A stretch of 64,000 nt of DNA, taken from contig NIVC01002300.1 of the NCBI GenBank assembly GCA_002269645.1, positions 121,535 to 185,534 on the forward strand, written 5' to 3'. Below the pieces are notes generated by a model. It searched no databases. It was not told where the DNA came from and saw only the letters and a list, made by a program, of their open reading frames with translations. The stretch is from Macrostomum lignano (Eukaryota). Of the stretch, positions 1 through 20,780 are shown one piece after another (position 1 is the stretch's first letter; each line of letters starts with the position of its first letter). The position numbers and the translations under genes were made by a program.

Positions 1-3000
1 GGTCACTAGATGAAGCGATGTACAATAATAATATACAGTATGCAATGCAAACATTTACCTATCAAAATTTTGAAAACTTATCTATATCTAGTGATTTATT
101 GCTACTCACAAATCAGATTATAATATAGTATAAAGAAAAAAGGTCATTATTTAAAGTATTCTTTAAATATAAATAAAATAATTATGATGTGCATATTTGT
201 TTTAAGACCAAATAAAAAAATCTGGGTTTTTTACTATTCCAAATTATTTTTTGCTTTAGAGTGCAATCCCACACAATTCATGCAATTTTGTTTTCCATAT
301 TATCTAATCTGATATCTTATATTGTTTTAATTTGAACCTATTGGCCAGTAATATTGCAGCTAATAATTCATAGAGCCCCAATATGAGCTTACTAATATGT
401 TAATACCTAATCACTGAGTGGCTGCACTACTTCTAGTAGCATTTACAACTGAATTCCTGAGGAAGGCCCCACTTGTTTTATGTACGAAAATCTTATGTTA
501 GTATGCATTTTAAACTTGCGCAAAACGAAGAAAAACTTTTTGTTTCACTTTCCGTGTTTCTCTAAATAATTTTCCCGATTTAATTTTTGTTATAAACAAT
601 GATGAAAATTGGTATAAATAGATGCATTTCGGAGCCAGAAGAGTCAACCTGGTTTGCGGTTTCAAGCCACCAAGCAGCGCAAATAAGTGAAGCATATAAT
701 AGTGAGTTGTTCAAGAAATATTTGAGAAGTGTTTTCCGAGTTAACTGTTTTATTTTTCTAAAGTAAAGTGAAGTAGACTGAAGCATATACAGTATATACT
801 ACTGAGAAGTAGAAGTAGAAAGAACAAAGTAGATCCTAGAGAATACATATAGAAGTAAACGAGGCTGTGACCCTCTGATCTCGGTAACGCCCAGGACTTG
901 GAAATACATGCAATACATATACCAGTAAGCCAATACACCGCTCAGGCCAAATTATTAGTAGAACACTACCAGAACAATAGTAAACGCTACCGGAATAACA
1001 GAAAGATAAGGACTAAATGGTATTCTAAGAATAATCCTCAAATATATACTTAGACAACTACTCAGATAAAGAAACATTCCAAGAAACATTTCTCAGACTT
1101 ATTCTAAGATTAATAAACTCATAATTTATTAATAGCTACCAACATTAAGACATTTAATATAGAAAGAAGTATAACCCCTAGTACAACTTGGTGGCATTGT
1201 GGGATTATTTATAAAGACAGAAGGTTAGCCCTTTGACATTCCTTATTGTACCAAGTTTTTAACTTCATTAACTACATCACTTTACAAGTTTCCAGCGACC
1301 CTCTCAGTAAATTTAATTCTTTTTGTCTCTTTTTTATTTGTTTAACTATAAAAGAGTTGGCGCCAAAAGTAAAAATGAGACTCACAACTTTTATACTTAG
1401 ACTCGTTGGTAAAATGAGGAATAATTATTCATTTTTTGTGATCTGAATGTGCTGATTAGATGCGCTCGCTGCGATTCACACCTGCGACCTACATCTCTGG
1501 ACTGGATGTAGTAGTATCTATCGGCTGCTTGTCTGTTAATATTAATGATTCGTCAAATAATTAGCTCGCTAGTAGCTAGCCAAATTTCTAGCTCATAATT
1601 ACAGGTTGTGTACTCATATACACAAATATTAAATAATATGCTGATTCTGTAGATTTTATGCTTCTTAGTCTTTAGTCCAGAGAGCAACTCCGCCACCTGC
1701 AGAAATTACAGAAAACAAGGAAATAGGAAATGGCGAATACAAAGCATTCTTTGGAAAGATACTTGCTGGATGAACTCAAGACTCTGTGCCTCGATGGGAT
1801 TTTGCTGTTAATATTGCACAACATCTGCTGGAGAGAGATTGTAGCACAGCTTTCCCTTGGGATCGGGGTGCCAAATAGAATGTTTACTGAATGGAGAAAG
1901 CTGAAATTTCTGAAATTCCCAATAGGCAAAGCTTTCAATACTGATTTTATTTGAATTGAAAATCGTTAATGTTGCTTTACACTCGGGTGTGGGTGGATGC
2001 TAATTATAAAATTCAATTATTCATCTTCTAGTCGTCACCTAGAAATTTTTCATCAATTCCCTGAATATTTCGTCGTAAAAAAGATTTGAAACCTTTAAGA
2101 ATCTAAAGCATATCCAAGTGTATATTGCACGGAGTAGCTACTTAAATTTTCACTTTCGGAATGCAATACTGATCACAATGGGAATTCGCTTTGAAAAAGA
2201 TTCGCTGTGATTTGTCAGTAAATCATCAAGGCTGACAATACTTTTCAGGGGGAAAGGGAAAGTATCAATGGTATTTATACCCATTTATACCAGTGCTAAG
2301 GCAATAAATGCTTGAGTGACCAGTTTATTGACTGAGGCGAAGCAACAATTAAACCATAGACTGCTGCACCAGTGCAACTTGGGGATACATGAATGAGATT
2401 TCGGCTCAGAATTCCCATATAGTCTATGGTCCATTCGGTACATTGTTTTTCTCAGTTCGATGAAGGAGTGTTCTTTGTAAACAAACGTTAAAAAACTTGG
2501 TGGAAGCAAACGGTAGAGTAGTACAATAGTACATTAGACACGATTGATGTTGAAAAATCGATGCAATCTATAGTTTGAATTCAAATCAATGATGGGGTGC
2601 AAAAGTAGAGACCATCGTTATAGTTCCGAAGTTTAGACTTGGGAATTCCTTCTTGTTTAAGCTAGCTCTCTTCAGCTCTTTTATAGGGCATCTTTATAGT
2701 ACGTGCATAATTCCTCCACACAAGTATTCGACTTGCTGATTCAGAAGTAACCCACTCTAACCCTACTGTTGAAAACCCGCAGACCATTATTTGGTTTAGG
2801 CAGATTGCTTAAGTTCAACATTCTCTAGATGTAATAAACAGATTAGAGTGATGACAATGCTCTGTATCGTGTCTTCACAGATTAAAAGTGAACAAGTATT
2901 TGTCTCTCACCTTCTTCTTGTAAAATTTAGTCTTATTGGCTTGACCATAGACATTTTCTATCTATCTGCCCGAAATTTTCTTTCGAAATTTCCTCTTCTT

Positions 3001-3596
3001 TTTTAGCATTCCACAGTAGTCAATTAAATTGTCAAAATTAGAGGGCACGAAAGCCCTCATGCATTCTCCCTGCTTCATCAACAAATTGAATTTATTCGTT
3101 GAATTTGAGCAACGGAGCTCTTGCATTAAATTAGCTAATGCAAATCTGAATTGGTTAGCTAGTTAAATTTAGGCTGTCAATTTTTAAATTCGATTTGCCG
3201 AAATCCTGCATGATTCATTGGAGCTTTAAATTGAAATTGAAGGCAAATTTGACGCACAATATGGCATTCCTGCACGCTTTATCTGGCAATAGGCATTTCA
3301 GTACAATAAAGTGACAAATCAAAATATCAATCGACATACGAGTACTTGTAGATCAATATCTAGCATAGAATGATTGAAATTTAAAACAAACCGCTTTAAT
3401 CTTATACTTGGCCCGCGTGCCAAAGGCAGTCTCGCTGATTGCACCATAAACAGCTGCAAAATGCATTTTACGAGTAGTGAGTCAGTCGTGCGCAGGCCGT
3501 GCTGAACTGATTAGCTGATAACAAAAACTCTGTTAATTACCATAGACAGGCAGCGACAATCTTTTCCGCACACCTTTTTTGCATTCCATTTTGCCA

Positions 3597-5340
3597 TTTT
3601 TTGCAATCAATCTGGGCAGTGCACGCTGCAGCGGTATTTACCATAGAGTTTTTGCAATCAAGCTGGGCAGTGCACGCTGCAGCGGTATTTACCATAGAGT
3701 TTTTGCAATCAAGCTGGGCAGTGCACGCTGCAGCGGTATTTACCATAGAGTTTTTGCAATGACTCGCTCGACGCCGATGTTGAAGGCGGCGCGCAGCAGA
3801 CCAGCGTGCGCCGCATCGACTTGCTGTTCGAGTGAGTCCGTCAGCGTCCAGGTCTCGGCGTTGTACAGCAGGACGGTCTCGATTACCGCCTGGAACAGCG
3901 CCGCCCTCTGGCGGTCCGGTAGGGCCTCGGACTGCAGGACTGCCCTCACAGAACGAAAGGCAGCCCAGGCAAGCCCGCGGCGGCGTCGCAGGTCCTCGCG
4001 AGCGTCTGGAACCAGACCGCCGAGGTAGACGAACTGCTGACATCGCGGGCACTCTATCGCCGCGCTGGCCTGCCACGTCCAAGTGATCTACTGCGCCGTC
4101 GGCGACTCCAGCTCGCAGGCCATCTCATCCGCGCCGAGTCGTACTGCCCACAGCCGGTGCAGGAGGTGCTGCTGCTCACGCTGCAGGCACCCTACCGGCG
4201 AGGTCAAGCGCGAACTCGGCGTTATGTCGACTGTCTGCTGGCTGACGCCGGCGCCCCGGACACTGCCGGTGGCGCGGCCTTTGTTCGCGCCCAAGCCATG
4301 AAGCGCGCCCTGTGACGCTGACTTTTACCATCATGACAGCGTATTTTGTTGTTGTTGTTGTTGTTGTTTTTGCAATCAATCTGGGCAGTGCACGCTGCAG
4401 CGGTATTTACCATAGAGTTTTTGCAATCAAGCTGGGCAGTGCACGCTGCAGCGGTATTTACCATAGAGTTTTTGCAATCAAGCTGGGCAGTGCACGCTGC
4501 AGCGGTATTTACCATAGAGTTTTTGCAATCAATCTGGGCAGTGCACGCTGCAGCGGTATTTACCATAGAGTTTTTGCAATCAAGCTGGGCAGTGCACGCT
4601 GCAGCGGTATTTACCATAGAGTTTTTGCAATCAAGCTGGGCAGTGCACGCTGCAGCGGTATTTACCATAGAGTTTTTGCAATCAATCTGGGCAGTGCACG
4701 CTGCAGCGGTATTTACCATAGAGTTTTTGCAATCAAGCTGGGCAGTGCACGCTGCAGCGGTATTTACCATAGAGTTTTTGCAATCAAGCTGGGCAGTGCA
4801 CGCTGCAGCGGTATTTACCATAGAGTTTTTGCAATCAAGCTGGGCAGTGCACGCTGCAGCGGTATTTACCATAGAGTTTTTGCAATCAAGCTGGGCAGTG
4901 CACGCTGCAGCGGTATTTACCATAGAGTTTTTGCAATCAAGCTGGGCAGTGCACGCTGCAGCGGTATTTACCATAGAGTTTTTGCAATCAATCTGGGCAG
5001 TGCACGCTGCAGCGGTATTTACCATAGAGTTTTTGCAATCAATCTGGGCAGTGCACGCTGCAGCGGTATTTACCATAGAGTTTTTGCAATCAAGCTGGGC
5101 AGTGCACGCTGCAGCGGTATTTACCATAGAGTTTTTGCAATCAAGCTGGGCAGTGCACGCTGCAGCGGTATTTACCATAGAGTTTTTGCAATCAATCTGG
5201 GCAGTGCACGCTGCAGCGGTATTTACCATAGAGTTTTTGCAATCAAGCTGGGCAGTGCACGCTGCAGCGGTATTTACCATAGAGTTTTTGCAATCAAGCT
5301 GGGCAGTGCACGCTGCAGCGGTATTTACCATAGAGTTTTT
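3597..5340. repeat. 51-bp tandem satellite (TTTTTGCAATCAA[G/T]CTGGGCAGTGCACGCTGCAGCGGTATTTACCATAGAG): 3 units + 19 units split by a LINE insertion
   Basis: Unit read directly. 3 copies lie at about 3598-3750 and 19 copies at about 4372-5340. The ORFs 4222..5331, 4312..5403 and 4346..5350 are translations of this repeat. Confidence 0.97.
3761..4366 (+). mobile_element. 5'-truncated, 5'-inverted non-LTR retrotransposon (RTE-like) 3' fragment
   Basis: Minus strand 4042-3761 encodes QQFVYLGG...LFQAVIETVLLYNAETWTLT...LLRAAFNIGVERV. Plus strand 4040-4315 continues TSRALYRRAGLPRPSDLLRRRRLQLAGHLIR...RRGQARTRRYVD...KRAL*, which is typical of the RT C-terminal region of RTE-like LINEs. A (TTG)n tail lies at about 4345-4366. 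The duplicated target GTTTTTGCAAT is at 3750-3760 and 4366-4376. Confidence 0.88.
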
Positions 5341-6939
5341 GATATCCTAACTGAAAATCCTCATACGCTGCCTGCGAAGGGCCTTGCCTATGTCTTGCCT
5401 TAGTCTATTGGCCATGACTGCAAAAGCCAGGCAGTTGTGATAAAAAGCCACCCAAACTGAGTATTAGTCTTTTTTGTCTTTCTGTCCTTTTCTTTGCTTG
5501 GCTTTTGTAGTCTATGGCCCATACGGCTCAGCGAGCATAAATGATCGACTTGCGATCGTTTATTGACTAGAGTCAATTTTAATGGACTTATGAATTCTGC
5601 TAGCATGCTACAATTTCTTATTATGAAAAAGTATTGATAGATCACTGTGAAAGGAAAAAAACTTTTTGCTAAGACTGTGTTTTTTTGGAATGCTACTTCG
5701 CTTAAGGAATGCAAAAAACAAGAATATAATTGTCTCTGCAATTATAATGTTTGTAATTATGTTTTTTGCATTCCTTTAAGACTGTGTTTGGTTATGAATT
5801 CGGACACGTGAATACTACGTGGCAACGAAATAGCCGTGTGGCACAGCTGCAGCACTGTAGCGAGCTTCTGATCGAGTTCAAATCACTTAAACCTTACAGA
5901 CTTGCATATCCTGCAAGTTGAACGCTAATCCGGTGTACTTTTGCTTAAGTATTTTCAAGACTATTTGCTTTATATTAATCAGGTGCAGCACCTTCGTTTT
6001 CTCTTTCTTTTGTGCCGTTAGTGACAAATTGTCCTGTAGTAGACTGTGAAAAAGATTGCAAATACGCATCGACTTGCCTAGTTCAGCCAGAGGATTCACA
6101 CCTGATAACTAAATGCTTCTTTGACCGCATCGAGCTCCCTGCAGCAGGAAGTGAATCCGCATGGCTCTTGAAAATGTACAAGTTCACAGACAAACTGGTT
6201 TTGTGTCGGTAAGAATCATCCCATTGGTAATTAAAATTTGCACCAAGTTAAAAAAAACAAATTAACTTTTATCAGCTTGATTTGACTCTACGGTCTATGA
6301 TTGAGTGCAGTTCTGTGGCTGCTGACAATCTATGTTTTTCTTCTTGGACAAATTTTCGACTTTATTTTCGACATTCAACAGAGCTAGCTTACTCCCTGTC
6401 CGCTAATGAGATAGATTCCAAATATGCCCCCATCCCCATTAGTATGTATGACTGATTCCAGTTTACTTAATCCCGATAGGAAATTTTATTTGGTTACCTT
6501 GCTATAGGTTATTTGCCTTATAGCGTATCAAATGTGAAGCGAGCTGTTCTTCATGGTCGGATGATTCAAATATCCCGGACGGAATCCTTCTCAATAAGCT
6601 AATCAGGGACGCAGGGCTCAAGTCAGTACGTAGGCGATTTCCACCTGAGTCTATCTGGGGTAGCATCTTAAAGCAAGCAATCTTCAAATCACTTTGAATC
6701 TCCGTTTGAAATTTGACGCTCGAATAATTTTTTTGGAAAATCTTGTTTTGGTCAGTTTTTTCTCCCCAACAACTACGGGATTAGGAGAAGGGACTGTAGG
6801 CCTCCCCCGGCTGCAGCGCCTAAATCCCATTGGCCGCCTGAATTCGGATAAAATCTTATATACATCCGAGGATTTGCAAGTCTGATCGAGCTTGACTTTG
6901 CCTGAAAAACTGTCTGAAGGCAGCTTTAGAGAGCTGGGC

Positions 6940-7995
6940 ATGTCGCATCCATCGTCGACTCCGGATCCCGGCAGCCCGAATGACAGCTTTGCGACGCCGC
7001 TTGACACGACCGTTGCTGTCGATCCCGGATGCCAACTGCTAAACAGTCCCGGATGGCGCATCAGCGCGCTCGTGTTCCTCGTCTTACTGGCTGGCATCGG
7101 GACGACTGGCAACGTCACAATCTTGATCCTGTTGGCCAGGTTCAAGACGCTGCAGAACGGCATCAACGCCTGCGTTGGCAACATCGCCGTCTGCGACCTG
7201 CTGGTTTGCGTCCTCATCCTGCCGCTGGTGTTCGCCCAGCGCTTCGCCGGCTCCAGGCTGCTCGGCGACGATGTCTGTCTGGCCAGCGGCTGCGCCCTCT
7301 TCGTCTGCGTCGGCGTGGCCAATTCCAGCTTCGCTCTGATTGGACTCAATCGATACGCATTCGTCCTGCACCAGGCTGCCTACCATCGCTGCCTGGAGGG
7401 AGCAGGTCACGTGATCATCCGCCTGATCGCCAACTGGACTCTCTGGCTAGCGCTAAGCGGTGTTGTCTTCTCGCAGCGCGCATTCAAGTACGTGCCGGAC
7501 AGTTATTTGTGCTTCTTTGGCGACGACGGCGAAAGTAACATGGCGCTCGCGCTAGCCGTCATGTTGCTCATGGTGACCACACCGTCCGCTGTGGCCGGCT
7601 TCTGCTACGGTCGCGTACTCGCCCACGTCGTGGCCTCGCGCAGGCGTATCCAGGACCTTGTCGCCGGGGCCAGGCAGATTGCTGAGCAGCGCAAGCTGAT
7701 CCGCTCGCTGAGCTCAGTGATGCTCAACTACGTGCTGTTCAACCTGCTCTGGCTGCCCTACTTCTGTCACGTGACTTTCATACGATTTATCACTGAACGA
7801 CAACCGATTGCGCTGCACAACTTCATGGTCTGGCTGGCCCTGTGCAGCTGTTCGGTGAAGCCGCTGCTTCAGCTGACGCTCAACGCCGAGTTCAGGCGGA
7901 AAGTTCAGGTGTTGGGCAGCGGATGCACCAGCAGGGGCCGCAACTCCAGCGGCCCGGCTAGGCCGACCAAGAGCAATGTGGGAGTTGTGGGTTGA
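6940..7995 (+). CDS. Intronless class A (rhodopsin-like) GPCR, 351 aa
   Basis: First ATG at 6940 within ORF 6892..7995. Seven hydrophobic segments. N-terminal NDS glycosylation site, TM1 GN, TM2 IAVCD, TM3 Cys and NRY, TM4 W, TM5 P..FCY, TM6 WLPY. Confidence 0.93.
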   Translation: MSHPSSTPDPGSPNDSFATPLDTTVAVDPGCQLLNSPGWRISALVFLVLLAGIGTTGNVTILILLARFKTLQNGINACVGNIAVCDLLVCVLILPLVFAQRFAGSRLLGDDVCLASGCALFVCVGVANSSFALIGLNRYAFVLHQAAYHRCLEGAGHVIIRLIANWTLWLALSGVVFSQRAFKYVPDSYLCFFGDDGESNMALALAVMLLMVTTPSAVAGFCYGRVLAHVVASRRRIQDLVAGARQIAEQRKLIRSLSSVMLNYVLFNLLWLPYFCHVTFIRFITERQPIALHNFMVWLALCSCSVKPLLQLTLNAEFRRKVQVLGSGCTSRGRNSSGPARPTKSNVGVVG

Positions 7996-8426
7996 GCACG
8001 CGGCCACGACTTAATTAGTTTGCTGTAAACAAGCTTGCGAGATGGCTTCTGTGTCCTAATCAAACCTCTTTTTTTAGAATATATCGTTTCGGACTCAAAT
8101 TAATTCCCTACCTGTTGGGAAGTCTTTTAGGTTCAATATCGCCTGACAAAGAATTCTGTTTTATTCACCGTTACCTTTATGGGGCCGTGTTCTTAAATCG
8201 TTCTTTTTGTTTATTCTGGTCTCTTAGTTGCATTATTTTACACTAGTTAAAAACTTACTTTCCCCATCTGATAAGACTAGCTAAGCTTATCATTAAATCT
8301 GTCAATCTGTATTTTCTTATTGCCTACAATAGTCATATTTTTGCTCTGTAAATCTGTATTTCTGCTTTGCGCCCCTGTCAATCATGGCTTTGTTTGCACT
8401 ATTGGCATATTTCACTAGAGGCTGGT

Positions 8427-8619
<193 letters not shown>

Positions 8620-8940
8620 AAGTGCTGACAAAAGCCTAGAAATAGTTTTCGTGCCCGTACGTGACAATCTCTGTTGTTTGATAATTTTAAGGTGTAATTT
8701 CTAAAACGAGCAATTTCGCACAGCTCAGATTGCATATCCACTGCACTAAACCAAAATATACTCTTAGTCACACAATGCAGAATAGCTAGTGTGACACTGA
8801 GAAGTACAAACGTGTGCTTATAATTTATTATAGCGCTTCAGACGCCCAGACAAATTCCAGTAGCGCCCAGACAGATGCCAGTAGAGGACAGACAGATGCC
8901 AGTAGGCCCACCTATTTAACTACAAAGCTACTAACAGATA

Positions 8941-11857
<2,917 letters not shown>

Positions 11858-11989
11858 AGCGGAGTTTAACAAAGCCTGTTTTGTAGGGTCGAATCAATTA
11901 TTTTCGGGTGCGACTTCCTACAAACTTCTGTAATAAGCAGTTCACTGTGCTGACACACAGGGAGGTTTTGGATTACTCAAGCACGCAAA

Positions 11990-13367
11990 CTGAAGTGTTG
12001 GGTCACTCAAACATACCCCCTGAAGTGTTGGGTCACTCAAACATACACCCTGAAGTGTTGGGTCACTCAAACATACACCCTGAAGTGTTGGGTCACTCCA
12101 ACATACCCCCTGAAGTGTTGGGTCACTCAAACATACACCCTGAAGTGTTGGGTCACTCAAACATACACCCTGAAGTGTTGGGTCACTCAAACATACACCC
12201 TGAAGGGTTGGGTCACTCAAACATACATTCTGAAGTGTTGGGTCACTGAAACATACACCGTGAAGTGGTGGGTCACTCAAACATACACCCTGAAGGGTTG
12301 GGTCACTCAAACATACACCATAAAGTGTTGGGTCACTCAAACATACCCCCTGAAGTGTTGGGTCACTCAAAAATACACCCTGAAGGGTTGGGTCACTGAA
12401 ACATACACCGTGAAGTGTTGGGTCACTCAAACATACACCCTGAAGGGTTGGGTCACTCAAACATACACCGTAAAGTGTTGGGTCACTCAAACATACCCCC
12501 TGAAGTGTTGGGTCACTCAAAAATACACCCTGAAGGGTTGGGTCACTCAAACATACACCCTGAAGTGTTGGGTCACTCAAACATACATTCTGAAGTGTTG
12601 GGTCACTCCAACATACCCCCTGAAGTGTTGGGTCACTGAAACATACACCGTGAAGTGTTGGGTCACTCAAACATACACCCTGAAGTGTTGGGTCACTGAA
12701 ACATACACCGTGAAGTGGTGGGTCACTCAAACATACACCCTGAAGTGTTGGGACACTGAAACATACACCCTGAAGTGTTGGGTCACTCAAACATACACCC
12801 TGAAGGGTTGGGTCACTCAAACATACACCCTGAAGTGTTGGGTCACTGAAACATACCCCCTGAAGTGGTGGGTCACTCAAACATACACCGTGAAGTGGTG
12901 GGTCACTCAAACATACACCCTGAAGTGTTGGGTCACTCAAACATACACCCTGAAGTGTTGGGTCACTCAAACATGCACCCTGAAGTGTTGGGTCACTGAA
13001 ACATACCCCCTGAAGTGGTGGGTCACTCAAACATACACCCTGAAGTGTTGGGTCACTCCAACATACACTGTTGGGTCACTCAAACATACACCCTGAAGTG
13101 TTGGGTCACTCAAACATACACCGTGAAGTGGTGGGTCACTCAAACATACACGGTGAAGTGTTGGGTCACTCAAACATACACCGTGAAGTGGTGGGTCACT
13201 CAAACACACCCTGAAGTGTTGGGTCACTGAAACATACCCCCTGAAGTGTTGGGTCACTCAAACATACACCGTGAAGTGGTGGGTCACTCAAACATACACC
13301 GTGAAGTGTTGGGTCACTCAAACATACACCGTGAAGTGGTGGGTCACTCAAACATACACCGTGAAGT
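11990..13367. repeat. 30-bp minisatellite (TGAAGTGTTGGGTCACTCAAACATACACCC), about 46 units
   Basis: Direct reading. Lies between two convergent genes. Confidence 0.97.
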
Positions 13368-13808
13368 AGTGGTTTATACACTTGCTAGATCATTGATCTA
13401 TCTAAACTGATTATGTTCTACATTGAGTATTTTTCTTTTTGTATTTTGTTTTGGCAAAGCCAGCACCATTTTACATGCTTGCTGTAATTTTTTATGTTTT
13501 AATAACTTGGTTTAATGGTTTCTTTTTTTAAGAATTTTCTCTGTTTGGAAATCTTCCTAGTTCGTGCATATTCTAGAATTTTTAAATTAAAATTAATAAC
13601 GTTTTTTTCGATTGATATTTTATTCAGCTTTCTGAATTAATCAACGTTTTTATTTGTGTAAGTGGAATTTTATTTGACACAAAAAGAACAAATATACCTT
13701 TAAGATGATCTCTAATTGATTAAGAGTTCCGAGAGATTAACTTAGCAAACCCTAAAACAGTTAAGACAACCGGTAACGTATTGCTAGTCGATATTCTCGA
13801 ACGCCTTA

Positions 13809-20594
<6,786 letters not shown>

Positions 20595-20780
20595 TTTCTT
20601 TGTCTTTGAAAATGATGGATCGACACTCAAAGTTTTACGCGCGGTCGTGCTAAGCCGTTAACAACACGAAACTTTTGTGCTATATGCATTTTATGCACGC
20701 GAAAGTCTCAGTCTTTTGGCCATAGACATTTATGAGTATTATCTGCACGCGTATGCTATCTAGATAATGTAAGATTACTA

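Noticed and set aside
1-3530. Short ORFs on both strands; considered a NUMT, an alternative genetic code or a decayed retroelement
   Set aside because: Manual translation through the stops gave no recognisable motif. The region is AT-rich with no convincing splice-phase chain.
4222-5403. 330-370 aa ORFs (CKNSMVNTAAA..., FAIKLGSARC...)
   Set aside because: Translations of a stop-free 51-bp satellite in several frames.
11908-13381. His-rich or CWVTQTY repeat ORFs
   Set aside because: Translations of the 30-bp minisatellite, open in several frames with no coding context.
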